From Acidimicrobiia bacterium (lineage in GTDB: Bacteria; Actinomycetota; Acidimicrobiia; Spongiisociales; UBA11373): 64,000 nt of DNA. The notes below the pieces were generated by a model that was not told the origin of the DNA, searched no databases, and was given only the letters and a program-made list of their open reading frames with translations. Shown piece by piece: positions 28,383 through 37,069 of the stretch (position 1 is the first letter of the stretch; each line of letters opens with the position of its first letter). The position numbers and the translations under genes were made by a program. The stretch covers positions 3,105-67,104 of the forward strand of contig JAZGDZ010000089.1 in assembly GCA_036478235.1 (NCBI GenBank), given 5' to 3'.

Positions 28383-31300
28383 GAGATGAACCCCCCATCC
28401 AGGTAACGCAGCATTCGCTCGTCCTCTCCGGCGGGGGACATCCCCGACTCCCCCGGCTTCCACCGCCCCTGACCGCCCAGGCCTCCGTCCTCCGCCTTGA
28501 CGACCCTGACCAGGGTCTCCTTGGGAACGGTATTGATGGCGTGGTTGTCGGCCTCGCCGCCGAACATGAAGGCAAACTCGATCTTCGACTTGTGGAACAG
28601 GGTGTCGGTCTGATGCATCGGCATCGCCCAGTCGCGGGTCACGCTCTGGTGGGAGCCGTAGCGATAGCTCGACTGATACCCGGTGTCCTCCGAAACGGCT
28701 CGCCCGTCGGGTCGCGTCTCGTGGGCGAGCACCGTCTTCTGGGTGGCGAGCCAATAGCCGTGCTTGGCCATCAGCACGTCGTAGGGGTATGCCGGGTTGA
28801 ACCTGACCCGCAGCATGAGCCGGGCGACCTTGTGGAACGGATCGCTGGTGTCGTTGGGGTCGTAGTTCGGATATGGGCGGTCGGCCGGGTTGGCGTCGAT
28901 GTACACATAGTCGCCGTCGTTGAGCCCCAGGTCGCGGGCGGCGTCGGGGTTCATGTGCACCTCGCGGTCGCCGACGTGGGGAAGGCGAACGTCCCGGCGA
29001 TGCGGGTCCCCAAAGTTGTTGCCCCAGATCACATGCCAGTCGGTCACCGCCCAACCGCTGTGCGTCGTGTGGCGGGTCTTGGGTGTGAGGAAGTAGAAGC
29101 GGTAACCCGCCTCCCATAGAGGATTCTTGGACTCCTTGACCCCCGACCACGGCATCTTGATGTTGCGCACCGTGCGCAGGTCGGGGTCCATCTCCGTCTC
29201 CGGGATCCCATAGTCCTCGGGTCGGATCAACGGGTTGGAGGACACGATCACGTTGGGCAAGTACGGCGTGGCCTCGGGACCTTCGCGATGGACGATGAAG
29301 TTCTCGCCGTACTCGATCGCCTCGGGGATGTCCACGTAGGAGTGCATCCGCCCGGTGTCCGTCCAGAAGGGCAGGTCGTCGTGGATCTGCTCCCAGAAGG
29401 GGATGCGGGGGTAGGTGCGGAACATCATGAGGGCGGCGCCGGGTTCGCCGTACTTCCCGGCCTTGATGTCGTCCACCGTGTAGCCGCGGGTGGTGGCCGA
29501 GGCGTCGAGTAGCCGCTGCAGATAGACCTCGGCGCGGTCCTCCAGGGCGAACTTCCAGTAGTCGGTGAACCGCTCGTCTTCGAGCTGCGTGCCGAGACGC
29601 TCGGCGACACGAGCCATGATCATCAGGTCGTCTTCGCTGTCGAACAGCGGGGCGATGCCGTCCCTCCCCCAGATCTGCAGGAACGGGTTGGAGCAAGACG
29701 CCGTCACCTCGGAGGTCTGGAACTCGACCCACGAATTGGCGGGCAGGATGAAGTCGGAAAGCTCGCACGACGAGGTCATCTCGATGTCCTGTGTGACAAT
29801 CATGTCGACGTGGGGGTTGACGTCTCTGATCACCATGTATGCGTGCTTGGCGTTGTTGATCAGGTTGACGTTGGTGGTCCAGATGACCTTGGTCGGCGTT
29901 GGCATGTGGCTCTCGCCGGTAAAGTTCTTTCGCCCGAACTTCGGCGTCTCCACGATCAGCGCCTTGTCCCCGTGGTCCCAGTAGGCGGGCTCCTCGTCCT
30001 TGGCGTAGTTGTGGACGGAGATTTCCTTGCCGTCGGCGGTGTCGTCGAGGTTGGGGTTGAACGGGTCCTCGGCCACCCAACCCTTGAACCCGGGTCCAGA
30101 CCACTCCGTTGCCTGCCACAGGGCGGCCTTGTAGTTGCCGGCCCACGTGTGGCTCCCGGCGCCAAGCCGGCCGATGTTGCCGGTGAGCATCAGGGGGAGA
30201 TAGGTGGCCCGGTTGTGCAGGGTGGCATGGAACCAGTGATTGATTCCCTCTCCGGTGTGGATCCCCACCGGCTTGATCGTCGCGATGTCGTTCGCCAGCC
30301 TCTCGATGAGATCGATCGGCGTGCCCGTGATCTCGTGCACCGTGTCCAGGTCGTAGTCCTGGAGATGATCCCGGTGTGCCTCCCAGATGGTCAGCACCTG
30401 CACCTCGGTTCCGTCGGTCAGCACGACCGGGCCGCGGAATCCGAGGTCGGGCTCGAAGCCCGCCGCCGCCATCCGACCCCCGACGTCGTCGCGGGTGATG
30501 GCCCGGAGCTCGCCTCGACCCTTGTCGAAAATCACCCGGTCGCCGCCGATGGCCTCGTACTGCTCGGTCGTGAGCTTCTGCTTGCTGAAGCTGGGCCCGG
30601 CGGCGTCCAGTCCCGGCTCATAATCGGGGAACACATCCGATGCCCGGAGGCGCTCCAAGTTGTCCTCACGCAGCAACAGGGGGAAGTCTGTGTACTTGAG
30701 AACGAAGTCCTCGTCGTAGAGGTCCCGATCCATCAGGATCTTCGTGATCGCCAGGAAGATTGCGGTGTCGGAGAGCCCGGGGCGCACCGGAAGCCAATAG
30801 TCCGATTTGGTGGCGGGCGGGCTGTACTCGGGGGTGATCGTGACGATCTTGCCGCCGCGCTCCATGATGTTCGAGAAGAAGTGCGACTCGGGCATCTTGT
30901 TCTCGACGAGGTTCTTCCCCACCTGGATAGTGAGCTTGGAGTGAGCCAGGTCGTTGAAGTCGGGCTCGGATGTCTGCAACCCGTGGACGAAGGGGTGGCC
31001 GGGGGCCTGGTCGCCGTGCCAGGTGTAGTTGGACCAGTTGCGCCCCGCCTTGGCCTGGTCGGGCCCCACGCCGCGGACGTGGGTGTCGAGCAGAGCGAGA
31101 GTGTTGCTCATCCGGTACATGCCGTACTTGCCGATGACGCCGAGCAGGCCCATCCCGCCTCTCAGCTTCATCGTTCTGGTGCCGGCCCCGCCCATGGCCT
31201 CGATCATCTCGGGTTGGTATCCCTCGGCAGCGAGGCGGGCGGCTCCTTGCTCCCCGGAGTAGGTCGCGGCGACGTTCGTGAGACCGCGGGCCACGTATTC

Positions 31301-31828
31301 GTACGCCTCGTCCCAGGACAGCCGGGTGAAGGAGTCGGTGCCCCGGGAGTCGAACATGTACTTGGTCCGGTTGGCCGGCGTCAGCTCCGGAAAGCCATCG
31401 TCGGCCCACTGCTTCCAACCGACCCGCACCATGGGGAAGCGGAGTCGATACGGGCCGTAGACCCTGCGATGGAAAGTCTGCCCCTTGGGGCAGCCGCGCG
31501 GGTTCCACTTGACGGAGGCGGTGTTGCCGAGCTGGTCGGCGTAGGAGCCGGCGTCGTAGTTGGGCTCGATTCGCTGGATGACCCCGTTGCGCTCGAAGAC
31601 CCGTAGCCGGCAGGCGTGGGTGTCATTGGGCGAGCAAACGAAGGTGAAGCTGCGGTCGTAGGCGTACTGGTCGCGATAGACCTGCTCCCAGTTCCGGTAC
31701 GGATACGCGGTGAGCGGATTGTCCACTCCCTCGGCCAGCTGAAGGTTCCTGAGCAAGGGGAAGCTGGCGGCGCCAGCGGCGGCCACCGCACCCAGCTTGA
31801 GGAAATCCCTTCGAGTCAGGTTCGGCAT
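28379..31828 (-). CDS. Molybdopterin catalytic alpha subunit of a type II (Nar-like) DMSO-reductase-family oxidoreductase, Tat-exported, substrate unknown
   Basis: True N-terminus MPNLTRRDFLKLGAVAAAGAAS has a twin-arginine motif. N-terminal FeS (FS0) region VCSPNDTHAC...C. 1149 aa, in the NarG/EbdA/NxrA size class. The 333-aa in-frame upstream extension overlapping the next gene is rejected. Confidence 0.8.
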   Translation of the reverse strand: MPNLTRRDFLKLGAVAAAGAASFPLLRNLQLAEGVDNPLTAYPYRNWEQVYRDQYAYDRSFTFVCSPNDTHACRLRVFERNGVIQRIEPNYDAGSYADQLGNTASVKWNPRGCPKGQTFHRRVYGPYRLRFPMVRVGWKQWADDGFPELTPANRTKYMFDSRGTDSFTRLSWDEAYEYVARGLTNVAATYSGEQGAARLAAEGYQPEMIEAMGGAGTRTMKLRGGMGLLGVIGKYGMYRMSNTLALLDTHVRGVGPDQAKAGRNWSNYTWHGDQAPGHPFVHGLQTSEPDFNDLAHSKLTIQVGKNLVENKMPESHFFSNIMERGGKIVTITPEYSPPATKSDYWLPVRPGLSDTAIFLAITKILMDRDLYDEDFVLKYTDFPLLLREDNLERLRASDVFPDYEPGLDAAGPSFSKQKLTTEQYEAIGGDRVIFDKGRGELRAITRDDVGGRMAAAGFEPDLGFRGPVVLTDGTEVQVLTIWEAHRDHLQDYDLDTVHEITGTPIDLIERLANDIATIKPVGIHTGEGINHWFHATLHNRATYLPLMLTGNIGRLGAGSHTWAGNYKAALWQATEWSGPGFKGWVAEDPFNPNLDDTADGKEISVHNYAKDEEPAYWDHGDKALIVETPKFGRKNFTGESHMPTPTKVIWTTNVNLINNAKHAYMVIRDVNPHVDMIVTQDIEMTSSCELSDFILPANSWVEFQTSEVTASCSNPFLQIWGRDGIAPLFDSEDDLMIMARVAERLGTQLEDERFTDYWKFALEDRAEVYLQRLLDASATTRGYTVDDIKAGKYGEPGAALMMFRTYPRIPFWEQIHDDLPFWTDTGRMHSYVDIPEAIEYGENFIVHREGPEATPYLPNVIVSSNPLIRPEDYGIPETEMDPDLRTVRNIKMPWSGVKESKNPLWEAGYRFYFLTPKTRHTTHSGWAVTDWHVIWGNNFGDPHRRDVRLPHVGDREVHMNPDAARDLGLNDGDYVYIDANPADRPYPNYDPNDTSDPFHKVARLMLRVRFNPAYPYDVLMAKHGYWLATQKTVLAHETRPDGRAVSEDTGYQSSYRYGSHQSVTRDWAMPMHQTDTLFHKSKIEFAFMFGGEADNHAINTVPKETLVRVVKAEDGGLGGQGRWKPGESGMSPAGEDERMLRYLDGGFIS

Positions 31829-32808
31829 CACACTCCCCTCTCGTCGTCGGAGCCGTCCCCGATCGATCCTTGGGTAATGAGAAAGAGCCCGAGCAGGGCG
31901 CTCAGGTTGTGATGGACCGCCGTTGGGGCGGTCCCGGCCACCCAGAGGAGAGCGATCCCGGCGGCGATCAGGCGGACTCTCCCGTCGCTGACGGCTCCGG
32001 CGGCCAGCATCCCCGATGCTGCTGCCGCCGCCACGTAGAAGATCAACGGCAGCCCCAGCGTCGCTCCGAGCGCCCAGGTCGAGAGGAGAGCCGAGAAGCC
32101 GGGCCGGGACAGCATGAGACCGGCAGCCATGGCGGCGGCAACGAATCCCGCGATCCGCACCGCCCGGGTTGTTCCGCCCCCGGCGAAGGAGATCGCCGCC
32201 AGCACCGGAGCAGCGAGCAGAGCGGCCTCGGCGCCGGAGCGCACCAGGGCCGAGTCGCCCACCGCCGGGGCCAGAAATGCGATCTGCCCCAATGCGACTC
32301 CGAAGCCGGCGCTCACCGCTGCCGCCCGCATGAATCCCCGCGGCCCGGGAGCTGCAACCAGCACCGCCGCCCCCAGGATCACAAAGCCATGGAGAGCCCC
32401 CCGTGTCCCGGTCCCGACGGCGACGGAGGCGATCACGGTGAACGCGGCGGCGACCGGGAGGATGGTCCCGGCGAATCGCCGGGGCACCCGGGATGCGACG
32501 CCGACGGTGAATGCCGAGATGACAACGAGCGCAGCCACCGCTCCGGCGATGCCCGACCCGCCGAGCTCCAGACCCCTGGCCAGTGCTGGTCGGGACGGAG
32601 CCAAATAGGCCACCAGGGCGGCGCCGACCCGGTCGACCAGGATCTCGGCCAAGGCCAGGAGTGCTGCGGCGCCTGCCAGCATATGGGCCGTGGCGGGGAG
32701 TCGGTGGGAGGCTGCTCTCGCCGTCGGTGCGGACGGAACTACTGCTGGAATGGGTCGAACCCTCTTCGAGAGCGCCGGTGCTGTCATCGTCGACAAGGTT
32801 ATAGTCAT
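31828..32808 (-). CDS. Ala-rich polytopic integral membrane protein, first gene of the Mo-enzyme operon
   Basis: Eight or more hydrophobic segments. Its stop overlaps the alpha subunit start (TGATG). The start could be a later Met (MLAGAAALL). Confidence 0.45.
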   Translation of the reverse strand: MTITLSTMTAPALSKRVRPIPAVVPSAPTARAASHRLPATAHMLAGAAALLALAEILVDRVGAALVAYLAPSRPALARGLELGGSGIAGAVAALVVISAFTVGVASRVPRRFAGTILPVAAAFTVIASVAVGTGTRGALHGFVILGAAVLVAAPGPRGFMRAAAVSAGFGVALGQIAFLAPAVGDSALVRSGAEAALLAAPVLAAISFAGGGTTRAVRIAGFVAAAMAAGLMLSRPGFSALLSTWALGATLGLPLIFYVAAAAASGMLAAGAVSDGRVRLIAAGIALLWVAGTAPTAVHHNLSALLGLFLITQGSIGDGSDDERGV

Positions 32809-32861
32809 CCTGATAGATGAACGTCAAGCTAAGAAGTGGACGTTGTGGATAGGCCCCAGCC

Positions 32862-33365
32862 GTGAAGGTGACTCTGGGCCGACGCGGTGACTACGCAGTT
32901 CGGGCAATGATGAACGTCGCCCGCCACTCCCCGCAGCGGCGCAAGGCCCGCCAGATCGTGGCGGAGATGGACCTCCCCGAACGCTACGCCACCCAGATCC
33001 TCGGCACCCTGGTCAACTCCGGGTTCCTCGAAGCCCAGGCCGGGCCCGACGGTGGATACACCCTCGGCCGCTCCGCCGACGAGATAAGCCTCCTGGAGGT
33101 GGTCGAGCTCGCCGAGGGCCCGGTCACCCTCGACCAGTGCACGCTGCGGGGCGGGCCCTGCGACTGGGTGGCCTCGTGCCCGCTGCACGAATCGTGGGCC
33201 GCCGCCCAGACCGCCTTCACCGACCGGCTCCGGGCAACGACCTTTGCCGAACTGGCAGCGGCGGATGCGGCGATGAACGCCGACGGTGACCAGACCGAAC
33301 AGCCCCACCGGATTCATATCGAGCGGCGTGGAATCCGGCCGTCGCTAGATCACCCCACCAAGTAG
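32862..33365 (+). CDS. Rrf2-family transcriptional regulator (IscR/NsrR-like, predicted FeS-binding)
   Basis: N-terminal wHTH GDYAVRAMMNVAR...LPERYATQILGTLVNSGFLE. Three Cys in CTLRGGPCDWVASCPL with spacing typical of Rrf2 cluster ligands. Divergent from the Mo-enzyme operon. Confidence 0.75.
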   Translation: MKVTLGRRGDYAVRAMMNVARHSPQRRKARQIVAEMDLPERYATQILGTLVNSGFLEAQAGPDGGYTLGRSADEISLLEVVELAEGPVTLDQCTLRGGPCDWVASCPLHESWAAAQTAFTDRLRATTFAELAAADAAMNADGDQTEQPHRIHIERRGIRPSLDHPTK

Positions 33366-33372
33366 GGCTCGT

Positions 33373-34110
33373 TCAGCTCCCGCTGAGTGCGGCCTTGGCA
33401 TCTTTCATGGTGAACCGCCCCTCGGTGATCTCGCGGCCGACGATGATCCCGGAGAGGCGGCGCCCCTCGGCCTCGAGCGCCACCAGTGCCTTCAGATCAT
33501 CCATGTCCCGGGCTCCGCCGGCGGCCACCACCGGCTCGCTGGCCAATCCCAAGGCGCGCCGCAGGATTCCGAGGTTGGACTGCTCCGTCAGCGCATCCCG
33601 TCCCGCCTCGGCGACGTGAAAGGAGGCAACGCCGGCCGACGACAGTTCCAGAAGCACCTCCTCCATGTACCTCCCGCTGTTGACGGTCCAGCCCCGTATC
33701 GCCAGCTCCTCGTCGGGGCGAACATCGATGCTGACCGCGATGCTGTCCGGGTAGTCCCGGCACAGGTCCCAGATCATGACCTGATCCTCAATCGCCGCGG
33801 TCCCCATCACCACCCGCCAGGCGCCAAAACCGAGGAGACGCTCGACCTCTGCAGGGGAACGCACTCCGCCGGCGACTTGTACCGGGATCTCCACGGCCGC
33901 GATGAGTTCCTCGATCAGAGGCCGGTTCTCGTAGTCTCCGTATGCGGCCGCATCGAGATCGACAACCTGGAGCCTGTCCGCCCCCTTGGCCTCCCAGCCC
34001 TTGGCCCGATCCACCGGATCTGCGTCGAGCGAGATCGCTTCCCGCACGTTTCCCGTAGGCAAGCGCACGGCCTTGCGATCGAGGATGTGGACGCGGGCGA
34101 ACAGATCCAT
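33373..34110 (-). CDS. hisA: HisA/PriA-family (beta/alpha)8 isomerase (ProFAR isomerase)
   Basis: Motifs VVDLDAA, PVQVAGGVRS, RVVMGTAA, SIDVRPDE, GW..NSG, AAGGARD and IVGREITEGRFTMKDA align along the whole length with HisA. Confidence 0.8.
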   Translation of the reverse strand: MDLFARVHILDRKAVRLPTGNVREAISLDADPVDRAKGWEAKGADRLQVVDLDAAAYGDYENRPLIEELIAAVEIPVQVAGGVRSPAEVERLLGFGAWRVVMGTAAIEDQVMIWDLCRDYPDSIAVSIDVRPDEELAIRGWTVNSGRYMEEVLLELSSAGVASFHVAEAGRDALTEQSNLGILRRALGLASEPVVAAGGARDMDDLKALVALEAEGRRLSGIIVGREITEGRFTMKDAKAALSGS

Positions 34111-34152
34111 GCGGTCACCCTAGAGCACCAACGTGGCCTGAGAGCGATGCCC

Positions 34153-34989
34153 TCAGATCCCGGCGAAGAGATCAGGGTCGGCCGGATCGCACTCCACCAG
34201 AGAGTGGACGAGGGTGAGGCTCTCGAAACCGATGAACCGCTGCAGCACGTCGGCAGGCAGGGTCCGCACCCACGAGTCCGGGGCGAGCTGGGTCTCGTGG
34301 GCGAGCAGCGCCCGATGCTTTTGATCGAGCCATTCGCCCACGTCGATCCTTGTCGTGATCAGTCCTTCCGGCGATCCCGCCGCCGGCTCCGCGGTGGCCT
34401 CCGCCCCACCGAGGTCGGGGGTCATCTCACGCCGAACCTCGTCCATGCCCCGCCGCGACCAGGTGACCCAGTACAGCTTGGAAGGCGCCCAGGGCTCGCC
34501 GAACCCTAGAGCCGGGTAGCGGCCGGTATCGGCAGCGGCCCAGTAAGCCGCCGTCCCGATGCGATGCACCTGAATGTGATCGGGGTGCCCGTATCCGCCG
34601 AAGGGATCGTATGCGGTCACGACGGCCGGGCGACGATCCCGGATGATCCGCACCAGGCGGCCCACCGCCTCCGCGAAATCGGCACCCCACAACGAGTCGG
34701 GATGGTGATTGTCGGCGGTCCCCATCATCCCCGAGTCCCGGTAGCCGAGGAACTCGAGATCTGCCACGCCGAGCGCCTCGAGGGCGGCACCCAACTCCGC
34801 CTCTCGTATCTCGCCCAGTCGTTCGCGTACCTCGTCGACGTCGGTGCGGTTGTGGATCTCCCCCGCCTCGCCTCGAGTGGCGGTGACGACGGTCACCGGC
34901 AGGTCGGCCTCGGCCGTTGCGGCGAGAATCCCTCCGGTGCTGATCGACTCGTCGTCGGGGTGGGCGTGAAAGGCAAGGAGACCGGGCAT
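34153..34989 (-). CDS. PIG-L / LmbE-family N-acetylglucosaminyl deacetylase (MshB/Mca-like)
   Basis: N-terminal zinc-binding motif AHPDDE and the HPDH motif. Confidence 0.75.
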   Translation of the reverse strand: MPGLLAFHAHPDDESISTGGILAATAEADLPVTVVTATRGEAGEIHNRTDVDEVRERLGEIREAELGAALEALGVADLEFLGYRDSGMMGTADNHHPDSLWGADFAEAVGRLVRIIRDRRPAVVTAYDPFGGYGHPDHIQVHRIGTAAYWAAADTGRYPALGFGEPWAPSKLYWVTWSRRGMDEVRREMTPDLGGAEATAEPAAGSPEGLITTRIDVGEWLDQKHRALLAHETQLAPDSWVRTLPADVLQRFIGFESLTLVHSLVECDPADPDLFAGI

Positions 34990-35318
34990 GAGCGCTCGAC
35001 TCTACCGGCGTCGACCTCTCCCCAGGCTGCCGGGTGCGCCGCTTTCCGCCTGTCGGCGCACCCTCAGCTGTCGATGGCTCTTCGCCTTACGGCTCATCGC
35101 TGTGCGGCCCGGGGTCCCCAGCCCCAGGCCGCCGAGTTCGCGCCTATCGGCGCGCCCTCATAAAACGCGAACTCCCCTAGCTTTCCCCATCTGGGCGATG
35201 GCAGGAAGGGCGCCCGACGACGCAAGCAACCATTTCGCGCTTCCTCGTGGTTTCGGGTAGGGTCGCCAACCCCGGCGGGACGATCCGCCGGCCGCCAAGA
35301 GCGCAAGGGCCGGAGACG

Positions 35319-36425
35319 ATGCGCCACACGAAACGACTCATCACGGTCACCGCAGCGATGGTGATGATGGCCGTCCTCACCACACCGGGCGCGCTGGGCA
35401 ACCACGACACGAGCCCCAACACCGGTCCCGACCACGCCTTCGGCGAGGACGTCAACTATTCACTCGTGTTCCCGGTGGTCGGCCCCAACCAATTCGGCGA
35501 CCACTTCTGGTCCCCTCGCGGCAGCGGGGTCCACCACGCAGTCGACATCATGGCCGACAAGATGACCCCGGTCGTCGCCGCCGCCTCGGGCACCGTCACC
35601 TGGGTCGGCTCGCGGTGCTGCACGCTGCGCATCAAGCACGACGACGGGTGGTCGTCGAGCTACATCCACCTCAACAACGACACTCCCGGCACCGACGACG
35701 GCCAGGGCTGGGGCATCGCCTCAGGCATCCAGCGGGGCACCAAGGTCAAGGCGGGCCAGCTCATCGGATGGGTGGGTGACAGCGGCAACGCTGAGGGCAC
35801 CTTCTCCCATCTCCACTTTGAGCTGATCGACCCCCACGGCGTCAACGTGAATCCGTATGTGTCCCTCAAGGCCGCCAACAGCGGCGTCGCCGTGGCCATC
35901 TGCAAGCAGCCGAACGTGGGATCGATCAGCTCTCTGACCGGCGGCTCGGGCCTCCTCAAGAACGGAGCACGCGGCCTCGCCGTCACCCAGCTCCAGGAGT
36001 TCCTCTCCGCCATCGGGCACGACGTCGGCACGATCGACGGGATCTTCGGGCCGAAGACGCGGGCCGGAATCCGCCAGTTCCAGGAGCGTCAGGGACTCAG
36101 CCCCGACGGGGTGGTAGGGCCCAAGACTCGCAGCGCGATCCACCGGATCGCCGATGCCCTGCCCGCCGCGGCGGTGCTCGATCGGAGCGGCCGAATCCTC
36201 CGACCCGGAGCCCGCGGCACCGACGTGAAGCAACTGCAACAGATACTCCTCATGGCCGGCCACGATCCGGGCGGGGCAGATGGAGTGCTCGGACCGAAGA
36301 CCCAGGCGGCGATCGAGGCCTTCCAGGCGAAGGCCGGCCTTGCCGTGGACGGCAAGATCGGGCCCAATACGAGAGCGCAGCTGTCGGCGGCCCTCGGCCT
36401 CGCCGGCCTCCGGCTCTGCAGCTGA
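35319..36425 (+). CDS. Secreted M23-family metallopeptidase with two C-terminal peptidoglycan-binding (PG_binding_1) repeats
   Basis: Signal peptide MRHTKRLITVTAAMVMMAVL. LytM motifs HHAVDI and GDSGNAEGTFSHLHFE. Two LQ..L...G.D.G..DGIFGPKT.AAI repeats. The upstream extension from 35247 is rejected. Confidence 0.8.
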   Translation: MRHTKRLITVTAAMVMMAVLTTPGALGNHDTSPNTGPDHAFGEDVNYSLVFPVVGPNQFGDHFWSPRGSGVHHAVDIMADKMTPVVAAASGTVTWVGSRCCTLRIKHDDGWSSSYIHLNNDTPGTDDGQGWGIASGIQRGTKVKAGQLIGWVGDSGNAEGTFSHLHFELIDPHGVNVNPYVSLKAANSGVAVAICKQPNVGSISSLTGGSGLLKNGARGLAVTQLQEFLSAIGHDVGTIDGIFGPKTRAGIRQFQERQGLSPDGVVGPKTRSAIHRIADALPAAAVLDRSGRILRPGARGTDVKQLQQILLMAGHDPGGADGVLGPKTQAAIEAFQAKAGLAVDGKIGPNTRAQLSAALGLAGLRLCS

Positions 36426-36496
36426 CGGTGCGGCTCTGTAGTGGGTTCCGATACCGACGGCACAGGCCTGACCCGTGATCGGGTTAGCCTCGCCGG

Positions 36497-36925
36497 GTGC
36501 CCTCCGACACCTTCACTCATAGCGTCTCCGTCGAAGCGACTCCCGAGGCGATCCATGCGGCACTCCAGGACCCGGAGACCTGGAAAGGCATTGGACCCAT
36601 CGACGACGTGTGGGATGCCTCCCATCACGGAGACGAGCTCGCCGAGTTCAGCTGGAGCGCCCGCGCCGCCGGCAAGACCTGGGAGGGAACGGCGCGGCGG
36701 TCCGGGGACGACGGGATCGAGTCGATGACACTCGACCTGGACTCGCCCGAAATCGGCGGCTCGATCACGGTAAGCGTGAAGCCGACAGACGCAGGCACCT
36801 CTCTGACCGTAACCCTCGACGCCCACTCCAAGGGACGGCTCGCCGGGATGTTCTGGGGTGTGGTCGCCAACGCCCTACGCCGCGGCCTGGCCAGGCAGGT
36901 CGACTCGTTCGGAGATCGGTTCTAG
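36497..36925 (+). CDS. SRPBCC-superfamily protein (polyketide cyclase/dehydrase-like)
   Basis: 142 aa with composition and length typical of the family. Weak motif evidence only. Confidence 0.45.
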   Translation: MPSDTFTHSVSVEATPEAIHAALQDPETWKGIGPIDDVWDASHHGDELAEFSWSARAAGKTWEGTARRSGDDGIESMTLDLDSPEIGGSITVSVKPTDAGTSLTVTLDAHSKGRLAGMFWGVVANALRRGLARQVDSFGDRF

Positions 36926-37048
36926 ACATCAGACATCAGACATCAGACATCAGACATCAGACATCAGACATCAGACATCGAAGAGTGTTCTTTCTGAAGT
37001 CTGAAGTCTGAAATCTGAAATCTGCTATCTGCAATCTGAAGTCTGAAA
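36925..37048. repeat. Composite heptamer-repeat element, second copy: (GACATCA)x7 + GACATCG - spacer - (TCTGAAR)x~8
   Basis: The array begins in the TAG stop of the SRPBCC gene. The second array is tctgaag tctgaag tctgaaa tctgaaa tctgcta tctgcaa tctgaag tctgaaa and runs into the atpC terminator region. Confidence 0.85.
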
Positions 37049-37052
37049 TCTA

Positions 37053-37069
37053 GCGAGGCTAAGCCTCGC
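37053..37069 (-). terminator. Palindromic hairpin GCGAGGCT-A-AGCCTCGC overlapping the atpC stop; candidate atp-operon terminator
   Basis: 8-bp stem read directly. On the minus strand it is followed by the T-containing heptamer array. Confidence 0.3.

Noticed and set aside
28053-30146. 697-aa minus-strand ORF overlapping the Mo-enzyme alpha gene in another frame
   Set aside because: Only its last 109 codons (28053-28382) lie in the inter-subunit gap and are kept as a small ORF. The rest is an Arg/Gly-rich out-of-frame overlap of the alpha subunit.
31829-32827. 333-aa in-frame N-terminal extension of the alpha-subunit ORF
   Set aside because: The Tat motif MPNLTRRDFLK marks the biological start at 31828. 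The extension is Arg/Gly-rich and overlaps the upstream membrane-protein gene in another frame.
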